Shown in pieces: positions 1 to 9,089 of a stretch of DNA of 64,000 nt; position 1 is the stretch's first letter, and every line of letters begins with the position of its first letter. Where the stretch lies: positions 160,001-224,000 of the forward strand of contig CAVZVA010000005.1 in NCBI GenBank assembly GCA_963778655.1. The letters run 5' to 3'. Under the pieces are notes generated by a model. The model was not told where the DNA came from and did not search any database. It saw only the letters and a list, made by a program, of their open reading frames with translations. Origin of the DNA: an uncultured delta proteobacterium. GTDB lineage: Bacteria; Myxococcota_A; Polyangia; Polyangiales; JAFGIB01. The translations under genes were made by a program, and so were the position numbers.

Positions 1-2
1 TG

Positions 3-656
3 GTGATGAAGCCTGCCGGGCTGGTGGTCCATCCCGCGCCCGGCCACTGGGACGGCACGCTGGTCAATGCCTTGCGCTTCCACCTCGACGTGCGCGCCGG
101 CGATCCCGAGCGGCCCGGCATCGTGCATCGCCTCGATCGCGACACCAGCGGCGTGATGGTGGTGGCCAAGACCGAGCTGGCGCGCGAGCGCCTGATCGCG
201 CAATTCGCGCGCCACGACATCGAGCGCGAGTACCTCGCGATCGCGCTCGGGGCCCCGCCCGCGCGGCTGCGCATCGAGACCCTGCACGGCCGCCATCCAA
301 CCGACCGCAAGCGCTTCAGCTCGCGGGTCGAGCGCGGCAAGCGCGCGCTCACCGAGGTCGAGCTGCTGGAGCGCTTGGAGGGGGCCAGCCTGCTGCGCTG
401 CACGTTGCGGACCGGGCGCACGCACCAGATCCGCGTGCACCTGTCCGAGCACGGCTATCCGCTGCTGGCCGATGCGGTGTACGGCCGGCGCAGCGGGGAG
501 CCGCGGCTACGCGCCGCAGCCGAGGCGATCGGCCGCCAGGCCCTGCACGCACGCCTGCTCGGCTTCGCCCACCCGCAGAGCGGGGCGCAGCTGCGCTTCA
601 GCGCGGAGCCGCCCGAGGACTTCCAGCGCGCCCTGGCGCTGCTTCGCGCGCGCTGA
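3..656 (+). CDS. rluD: RluA-family 23S rRNA pseudouridine synthase (RluD-like), 5'-truncated by window edge
   Basis: KPAGLVVHP, catalytic HRLDRDTSG, TGRTHQIRVH and RQALHA motifs. Confidence 0.9.
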   Translation: MMKPAGLVVHPAPGHWDGTLVNALRFHLDVRAGDPERPGIVHRLDRDTSGVMVVAKTELARERLIAQFARHDIEREYLAIALGAPPARLRIETLHGRHPTDRKRFSSRVERGKRALTEVELLERLEGASLLRCTLRTGRTHQIRVHLSEHGYPLLADAVYGRRSGEPRLRAAAEAIGRQALHARLLGFAHPQSGAQLRFSAEPPEDFQRALALLRAR

Positions 657-719
657 AGCTATGAACGCGATCGACGGCACAGTACGCTCGCGCGCGTGCG
701 GAACGCCGACTCGGCCGCG

Positions 720-2426
<1,707 letters not shown>

Positions 2427-2642
2427 CCAGGCGCTTTCAAGTCCGCAGCGAAGCGGAGGATCAGGGGCTGTGGGTGAGGCTGCTACATCCCCGGCGAAGC
2501 GGCGCGTAAGCGGATGCGTAGGGAGGACCAACTGCGCTGAAATTTGCGATCTTGCCAGCCCAGGCGCGACAGAGTAAGGAGCCTGAAGCTGGGATGGGTC
2601 TCTTATCGGGGGCCAGGCCGGCGGTAGCGGGCGGAGGGTTCG

Positions 2643-3512
2643 ATGCGCAGGTGGATGGGCAAGGTGGTGGTTTCCTGTGCCGTGCTCGTGGCGGCGGGCT
2701 GCGGGGTGCGCAGCGTGGTCTCGCCAGAGGCAGACACCACCCCCGGTGGGTCGCTCGCGGATGCCGGCGCGAACCGAGCCTGCGGGTTTGGGCCGCCCTG
2801 TAATCCGGTGGACCTCGGTGGCCTCGCCTGCGAGTCGCTTGGTCTGACCAGCGGTCGGCTCGTCTGCAACCCGACCACTTGCGACTTCGACATCTCGCAG
2901 TGCCTCGGCGGTCCAGGCGCCGGGACTGGTGTCGGAACCACGCCGATAGGGACCGGCGTGTCCGGGATGGTCGGCGCCGGTGCGGGCAATGGCACTGGGG
3001 TTCCAGGCTTCTTCGGGACTGGCACAGCGGGCGGCGGCACAGCGGGCGGCGGCACAGCGGGCGGCGGGTTGTTCGGCACCGGGTTCTTCGGCGGCGGCAC
3101 CGCGGGTGGCGGCATGGCCGGTGGCGGCATGGCCGGTGGCGGCGCGAACGCCGGCGGGTTCTTCGGCGGCGGGATGGCCGGCGGCGGCGCGAATGCGGGC
3201 GGGTTCTTCGGCGGCGGGATGGCCGGCGGGATGGCCGGCGGCGGGATGGCCGGTGGCGGCGCGAACGCAGGTGGATTCTTTGGTGGCGGCGCGAACGCCG
3301 GCGGGGGATTCTTCGGCGGCGGTGCCAATGCAGGCGGCGGATTCTTCGGCGGCGGATTCTTCGGTGGCGGCGCGAATGCGGGCGGCGGCAACGCCGGTAG
3401 CGGCGGCGGCTCGGGCAGCGGCGGCTCGGGCGGCAGCGGCGGCTCGGGCGGCTCGGGCGGCTCGGGCGGCAGCGGCGGTAGCGGCGGCTCGGGCGGCAGC
3501 GCCGGCCATTGA
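2643..3512 (+). CDS. Lipoprotein with Cys-rich module and long Gly-rich (FFGGG/MAGGG/GGS) tail
   Basis: Lipobox VAAG-C; DLGGLACESLG..GRLVC...CDFDISQC module; low-complexity C-terminus. Confidence 0.75.
   Translation: MRRWMGKVVVSCAVLVAAGCGVRSVVSPEADTTPGGSLADAGANRACGFGPPCNPVDLGGLACESLGLTSGRLVCNPTTCDFDISQCLGGPGAGTGVGTTPIGTGVSGMVGAGAGNGTGVPGFFGTGTAGGGTAGGGTAGGGLFGTGFFGGGTAGGGMAGGGMAGGGANAGGFFGGGMAGGGANAGGFFGGGMAGGMAGGGMAGGGANAGGFFGGGANAGGGFFGGGANAGGGFFGGGFFGGGANAGGGNAGSGGGSGSGGSGGSGGSGGSGGSGGSGGSGGSGGSAGH
3038..3509 (+). repeat. Coding low-complexity repeats: TAGGG, MAGGG, ANAGGFFGGG, then (GGS)n
   Basis: Tandem ggcggc-rich units read directly from sequence. Confidence 0.85.
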
Positions 3513-3984
3513 TCGAGCCACGAGCACGCAGCGCGCCGCGCCGGCTGCAGCGCGTGGCGTCCGTGCCCTAACCTGCGTGCTGCTGCTGACCGGGCTGGCC
3601 GCCTGCCAGCGCAAGCTGCACGACCTGTCCACGCAGCAGCTGTCAACCGTGGTCGTGCGCGAGCAGCCGACGCTCAAGCACTGCTACGACGAGGCCCTGG
3701 TCACGCATCCGTACAAGCAGGAGATGCGGCTGGAGGCGCAGATCCACATCGCGCCGAGTGGCAAGGTGACCGGGGTCGAGCTGCACGGCGGTGGCGGGCT
3801 GCCGGGCATGGGTGCGTGCCTTCGCTACGCGATCACGCGCTGGCGCTTTCCGCAAGCGCCCGACCCGACCGACACCAGCCTGCCTCTGGTCTTTCACCCC
3901 GAGGTCAAGCCCCCGCAGCCCAACCTCGACACCTTGCGCCAGGCGTTCGAGGCGGTCGGCGCGCAGCCGGCCAAGCACCCGTGA
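3508..3984 (+). CDS. AgmX/PglI C-terminal (TonB-C-like) domain lipoprotein; start uncertain (3508-3577)
   Basis: LAA-C lipobox; LKHCYDEAL...IAPSGKV...CLRYAITRWRFP pattern. Confidence 0.7.
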   Translation: MDRATSTQRAAPAAARGVRALTCVLLLTGLAACQRKLHDLSTQQLSTVVVREQPTLKHCYDEALVTHPYKQEMRLEAQIHIAPSGKVTGVELHGGGGLPGMGACLRYAITRWRFPQAPDPTDTSLPLVFHPEVKPPQPNLDTLRQAFEAVGAQPAKHP

Positions 3985-3991
3985 GCGGCGG

Positions 3992-4720
3992 CTACTCCGG
4001 GTCCTCGATCTTCCAGACGTCGCCCTCGCGCAGGAACTGGACGCGGCGCTGGTCGCCGTAGGGCATGGTGGCATGGCTGCCGATCACCTCGATCGGATCG
4101 TCGACGTGATCGCGCAGGGCCGCCAGCATGCGCTCGACCTGCTCGCGTTGCTCCCCGGACCACGCCTGGTCCATCCGATCGGTGGTGATACCCTCCTGAT
4201 CCGCGCTCGGGATCAAACGCAGCACCACGTCATAGCGCTTACGTTCCATGGCCCGCACAAACGAGCGTAGCGCCGCGCGCGGCGTCGACTGATCGTAGAA
4301 GTTCACCACGTCGGTGGTGATCAGCCAGCGATCGCCGCTGCGCCGCAGATGCAGTTTCTGGTCGTCGTCGTAGACCAGCACCGCCTCCTCGTCGGCCCGC
4401 GTGCGAACGCGACCCAGACTGTTGCTGATCTCCAGGGTTTCCTGCTGATTGGCGCTGAGCTGCTGCTTGAACTGGTCGAGGCTGACGCGCGCGCGGTAAT
4501 CCGCAGACATCAGCCCATAGGCCTCCTCGAACTTGGCCTGGTTGAGGGCGCGGGAGAACGCCATCACCGTGGCCTCCGGCGTCGAGGGGGAAGGGGTGTG
4601 CGCTACGCACCCGGTGCCCAGCCAAACGCACAGCAACAGACCCGCGCAGGCGCGGCACGCGCCTGCAGCGGTGGGTCGAGCAGCGCCACGCGGCGATTTC
4701 GCGGGCCAGCCGTCGCTCAT
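3992..4720 (-). CDS. Lipoprotein with two tandem NTF2-like domains
   Basis: GTG-C lipobox; internal repeat STPEATVMAF...RSGDRWLI and STPRAALRSF...REGDVWKI. Confidence 0.7.
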   Translation of the reverse strand: MSDGWPAKSPRGAARPTAAGACRACAGLLLCVWLGTGCVAHTPSPSTPEATVMAFSRALNQAKFEEAYGLMSADYRARVSLDQFKQQLSANQQETLEISNSLGRVRTRADEEAVLVYDDDQKLHLRRSGDRWLITTDVVNFYDQSTPRAALRSFVRAMERKRYDVVLRLIPSADQEGITTDRMDQAWSGEQREQVERMLAALRDHVDDPIEVIGSHATMPYGDQRRVQFLREGDVWKIEDPE

Positions 4721-4775
4721 CGCCTCACCTTCTATGCAGCCGTGCGCTCGCGGTCAACCGAGACCGGATCATAAT

Positions 4776-4803
4776 TTCACAAACGGCCGGGCGAGCTTAC
4801 TAT
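4776..4803 (+). promoter_or_regulatory. Possible sigma-70 promoter for the large TPR gene
   Basis: TTCACA-16 nt-TACTAT, 14 nt before ATG 4818. Confidence 0.35.
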
Positions 4804-4817
4804 GCAGACGTATAGCC

Positions 4818-7800
4818 ATGGGCCCGAGCCCCGATACCCACCGGCTCAATGCGCGCTTGCTCCGATTCCGATCGGGCCCCGCGCATGAGGATCCGCTCAC
4901 GCTCGCCGAGGATTTGATCTCGGCGCAGCGCTACGGCGACGCGCGCGGCGTGTTGATCAGCGCGCAGGGCGACGACACCGAGCAGCAGTGCCGGCTGCTC
5001 GTGCTCGAAGGGCGCGCCTGGTACCTGGATCGCGAGCTCGCGCGCGCGCAGGCGGTGTTGTTGAAGGCGGCCAAGCTCGATCCGCAGCGCGCCGAGGCCT
5101 TTCGCTGGCTGGGCGAGGTGCTGCTCAAGCGCGGCGATCCGTCGCGCGCCGCGGTCGCGCTCGAGCGTGCGCATCAGCTTGGCGATGAAGCCGCGGATCT
5201 GCTGCGGCTGCTCGAGCGCGCGCGGCAGCTCGCGCATCGCGCGGTGGCCGAGCCCGCCGCGGTCGCGCCCGCGTATGTCGCGCCCGCGGAGCCCGAGCGC
5301 GCCGAGCCGGGCGCTGCGGCGGGGCGCAACCCTCCGCTGGCCGGCGCCCTGGGAGCCACACCGCTCGGCGCCGCCAGCGTCCAGCCGAGCGCCTCACGCC
5401 CTGTCGCGCTCGCCGCGCCGAAGCCGCGAGCGGTCAAACCTGCCTTTCCGAAGGGGCTGGTCGGCTCGCCGTCGCCGTTTCCGCCGCTGTCGGCGCCGCT
5501 GATCGAGCCGGCCCATGAGGAATCGGGCGAGCAGGATGACGCGCCTGCGACTGAGCCCTTCGTGGATCTGTCGGCTGGCGCTCTGGACGACGTCGCGGGC
5601 GAAGACGTGGCGAGCCCGCCACACGCCGGCGCGTTCTCGAGCTCGCCGGGGCAGCTGCCCGCGCCGTCGCAGGTGACGACGTCCTCGGGGCGGCGATCGT
5701 CGCCGGCTCGACTGTCGTCGCCCGGGGCGCGGAGCGCGCCCGGGACGCTGTCGTCGCCCGGTGGTGTGACGTCGCCCGGGGCGCGGAGCGCGCCCGGGAC
5801 ACTGTCGTCGCCGGGGGTGACGTCGCCTGGGGCGCGCAGTGCACCGGGAACGCAGTCGTCGCCGGGTCGATTGTCGTCGCCGGGCGGGGTGACGTCGCCC
5901 GGAGCGCGCAGCGCGCCGGGAACGCGATCGTCGCCGGGCGGCATAGCCTCGCCCGGGGCCAGCAGCTCGCCCGGGACGCTGTCGTCGCCCGGTGGTGTGA
6001 CGTCGCCCGGGGCGCGGAGCGCGCCCGGGACGCTGTCGTCGCCGGGAACGCGGAGCGCGCCGGGAACGCGGAGCGCGCCGGGAACGCGGTCGTCGCCGGG
6101 AACGCGGTCGTCGCCGGGAACGCGGTCGTCGCCGGGGGGCGTGACGTCGCCCGGGGCCAGCAGCTCGGCCGGGGTGTTCTCGGCGCCCGGGACCACCAGC
6201 TCGTCCGGCCCGCTTCCAGCGCTCGAGCGTAGGTCGTCGCCCGGGACCACCAGCTCGTCCGGGTCGCGTTCGTCGCCCGGCCGGTTGTCGTCGCCGGACA
6301 AGCTGGCCGCTGCCCCAGGTCGTTCCTCGCCCGGGCGCTTGATCGCACCAGCGGCCGCCGGTGGGAGCTCCCCCGGGACGGGGTCTTCGCCCGGAACGCT
6401 TCGCGCTGGGACACGCTTGAACGCGCTCGAGGCCAAGCCCCAGGGCGACACCACGCCCGGCTTGGGCGACGCGCCTGTGCCGCCGCCCGATTCGGGCACG
6501 AGCTCGCAGTGGGACGTGCGCTCGGTCGCCGTGGACTGGCCCACCCAGCAGCCTCTGGGTGCCGCCGTCCCGCCGCCAGCGGAGCCGGAGCCCGCGCACG
6601 GCTACACCGGGGGCTACGACGACTCGGCGGCGATCGACGTGGCCTTCGACCAGCCGGGCGTGGCGGAGCCCGCCATGCCCGAGCCCGTGGAGGACGACCT
6701 GCCGCTGGGCGCGAGCGCGGGGCTGCCCGATGCACCCGAGGCGATGCTCGAGCTGCTCCAGGCGCAAGGCATCTTCGAGCCCTCGGAGGCCCAGCCTTTC
6801 TCGTGGCTGCCGCCGCAGGAGGTCGCGCGCACGGGGACCCGCGTCCGCAACGCGGTGATCGGGGCGTGGGTTAGCGCGCTCGTGCTGTGCGGCGGCGGCT
6901 ACCTCGGCTGGCAGCAGTGGGTCGCACACCGCCATGCCGAGGCCGCTCGGCTCGTGGTCGCGGCGCGCGCGGCGGCCTACGAGGGCGACTACGCCAGGTT
7001 GATCGACGCCGAGCGGCTGCTGCGCTTGGCGCGCGACCAGCACCCGCGCTCCACCGACGTGCCGAAGCTCGAGCTGTTCGTGCACGCCGAGCGCGTTCTC
7101 GAGAGCGGCAGCCGCGAGCTGAGCGCGCTGCGTGTGACGCTGCTGCGCGCCGAGAAATTGCACGTCGATTCCGCCTACCTGGCCGCGGCGCGGGCCGTGC
7201 TCGCGGCCTACTCGGGCGTGTTCGGCGACGCACAGACGCTGCTGAAGAAGGCCGGGGAAGCAGCCAAGGGCGAGGCCCCGCTGTTGTACGTGGTGGGGCG
7301 GTTGCAGCAGCGTATGGGCGAGCCGGAGGCCAAGGCGCGGCTGCAGGCGGCTGCCTCGGCAGCGCCCGATCTGATCGCGCCCGCGCTCGCGCTGGCCGAG
7401 CTGGATCACGATGGCGGGCAGGACGCGGATGCGCTGGCGGCGCTCGAGGTCGTGCTCAAGCACAGCCCCAAGCAGCTGCGCGCCCAGCTGTGGCGGGCGC
7501 TGCTCAGCGCCGACTCGCAAGAGCCCGCGCGCGGGCTGGCAGCGCTCGACGCCCTGTCCAAGCGCGCGCACGAGTCCGCGCCGGTCGACCGCACGCTGTG
7601 GGCGCTGGCGCGCGCGCGCCTGCTCGAGCGCGAAGGCGAGCAGGCCAAGGCCGGCGAGGTGGTGCGCGAGGCGCTTTCGGCCGGCGCCAACGAGCCGCGG
7701 CTACTGGCGATGGTGGCGGCCGAGGCGCGGCGCGCGGGCCAGCTCGGTACCGCCCAGCAGGCCGCCAGCCAGGCTGTGAGCCTGGCGCCGAACGCGCCGG

Positions 7801-9080
7801 CCTACCGCGGGCTGCTGGCAAGCATCCTGATCGAGCGCCACGACGGCGAGCGTGCCCTGAGCTTGCTGTCGGACTTGCCGGAGGCGCCCGCGAGGCTGCT
7901 CTCGATGCGCGCGCGCGCGGCGCTGCAGACCGGCGATGCCAAGGCGGTGCGCGACGCGCTGGACGCGCTCCAGCAAGGCGGCGGTGTGACCGGGATCGAG
8001 GGCACGAGCCTGCGTCTGCGGCTGCGTGCCGTGCTCGAGCCCAGCGCGAGGCTGATGCAGGAGGCCCGCGCGCTCGTCCGCCGTGCGCCCGGCGATCCCG
8101 ACGCACTGCGGGCGGAGGGCGAGGCCGCGCTCGCGCTCGGCGAGCCCAAGGCCGCGATCAGCGCGACGGAGCAGCTGGTGGCGGTGGCGCCCGACGACGC
8201 CGAGGCGCAGCACCTGCTCGGGCGCGCGCGCCGCATGGCCGCCGATGCCAAGGGCGCGGAGGCGGCCTTGCGCAGGGCGCTCGAGCTGTCGCCGGGCTAT
8301 CCGGCGGTGCTGGCCACGCTGGGCGCGCTGTTGCTCGACAGCGGCCGCTACGCCGAGGCCGACGCGACCTACCAGCAGCTCAGCAAGCAGGACGCGCTGC
8401 AGGGCCGGCTGGGGCGCGCCGAGGCGCTGCTCGGCCAGGGGCGGGTCGACGATGCGCAGGCGCAGGTCTCGGGACTGCCCGAGGCGGCGCGCGACACCGC
8501 CGCGGCGCGCGAGACCGGCGCCAAGGTTGCGCTCGCGCGGCACAAGCCGGGCGAGGCGATCACGCTGTTGCGGCCGCTGGTGGAAGGCGAATCGAAGCGT
8601 GCGTCGGCGCTCGCGCTGTATGGGGACGCGCTGTACGCCGCGGACCAGGTCAACACTGCGGCGGGCGCCTACGACGCTGCGCTCGAGCTCGACGCGGAGC
8701 TGCCCGAGGCGCTGCTCGGGCGCGCGCAGGTGCACCTGCGGGCCGAGCGCTCCGACGACGCGATCGACCTGCTCGAGAAGGCTAAGGATGTGTTCGATGT
8801 GCGGCTGCGCCCGCCCGAGGAGCGCGCGCGCATGTTGACCCTGCTCGGCCACGCCTACGTACAGCGCGCCAAGCGCCACGATCTCGACAAGGCGCGCGAC
8901 TTGCTGCGGGAGGCGGTCAAGCTGCAGGGCCCACCGCCAGAGGCGTTCTTCTGGCTGGGCGAGGCGCTCGGCGGCAAGATCACGCCGGAGTCGGCCGCGG
9001 CCTTCAAGCGCTATCTCGAGCTCGAGCCCCAGGGCGATTACGTCGCGCGCGCGCGACGCGCGCTCGGGCCGCTGCTGTAG
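4818..9080 (+). CDS. Large single-pass membrane TPR protein with Ser/Thr-Pro-Gly repeat linker
   Basis: N-terminal TPRs (AFRWLGEVLLKRGD), S/P/G repeats, TM segment NAVIGAWVSALVLCGGGYLGW, many C-terminal TPRs ending FKRYLELEPQG. Confidence 0.8.
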   Translation: MGPSPDTHRLNARLLRFRSGPAHEDPLTLAEDLISAQRYGDARGVLISAQGDDTEQQCRLLVLEGRAWYLDRELARAQAVLLKAAKLDPQRAEAFRWLGEVLLKRGDPSRAAVALERAHQLGDEAADLLRLLERARQLAHRAVAEPAAVAPAYVAPAEPERAEPGAAAGRNPPLAGALGATPLGAASVQPSASRPVALAAPKPRAVKPAFPKGLVGSPSPFPPLSAPLIEPAHEESGEQDDAPATEPFVDLSAGALDDVAGEDVASPPHAGAFSSSPGQLPAPSQVTTSSGRRSSPARLSSPGARSAPGTLSSPGGVTSPGARSAPGTLSSPGVTSPGARSAPGTQSSPGRLSSPGGVTSPGARSAPGTRSSPGGIASPGASSSPGTLSSPGGVTSPGARSAPGTLSSPGTRSAPGTRSAPGTRSSPGTRSSPGTRSSPGGVTSPGASSSAGVFSAPGTTSSSGPLPALERRSSPGTTSSSGSRSSPGRLSSPDKLAAAPGRSSPGRLIAPAAAGGSSPGTGSSPGTLRAGTRLNALEAKPQGDTTPGLGDAPVPPPDSGTSSQWDVRSVAVDWPTQQPLGAAVPPPAEPEPAHGYTGGYDDSAAIDVAFDQPGVAEPAMPEPVEDDLPLGASAGLPDAPEAMLELLQAQGIFEPSEAQPFSWLPPQEVARTGTRVRNAVIGAWVSALVLCGGGYLGWQQWVAHRHAEAARLVVAARAAAYEGDYARLIDAERLLRLARDQHPRSTDVPKLELFVHAERVLESGSRELSALRVTLLRAEKLHVDSAYLAAARAVLAAYSGVFGDAQTLLKKAGEAAKGEAPLLYVVGRLQQRMGEPEAKARLQAAASAAPDLIAPALALAELDHDGGQDADALAALEVVLKHSPKQLRAQLWRALLSADSQEPARGLAALDALSKRAHESAPVDRTLWALARARLLEREGEQAKAGEVVREALSAGANEPRLLAMVAAEARRAGQLGTAQQAASQAVSLAPNAPAYRGLLASILIERHDGERALSLLSDLPEAPARLLSMRARAALQTGDAKAVRDALDALQQGGGVTGIEGTSLRLRLRAVLEPSARLMQEARALVRRAPGDPDALRAEGEAALALGEPKAAISATEQLVAVAPDDAEAQHLLGRARRMAADAKGAEAALRRALELSPGYPAVLATLGALLLDSGRYAEADATYQQLSKQDALQGRLGRAEALLGQGRVDDAQAQVSGLPEAARDTAAARETGAKVALARHKPGEAITLLRPLVEGESKRASALALYGDALYAADQVNTAAGAYDAALELDAELPEALLGRAQVHLRAERSDDAIDLLEKAKDVFDVRLRPPEERARMLTLLGHAYVQRAKRHDLDKARDLLREAVKLQGPPPEAFFWLGEALGGKITPESAAAFKRYLELEPQGDYVARARRALGPLL
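5691..6209 (+). repeat. 29 consecutive 18-bp units coding xx[S/T][S/A]PG-type hexapeptides (one unit is 15 bp)
   Basis: RLSSPG/ARSAPG/TLSSPG/GVTSPG/TRSSPG units; near-identical ~80 bp duplication starting at 5737 and 5968. Confidence 0.9.
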
Positions 9081-9089
9081 CGGGCGTCC

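Noticed and set aside
5174..6544. Minus-strand ORF with PGDD repeats; the array also considered as a CRISPR
   Set aside because: Mirror of the in-frame SSPG coding repeat; no unique spacers and no cas genes
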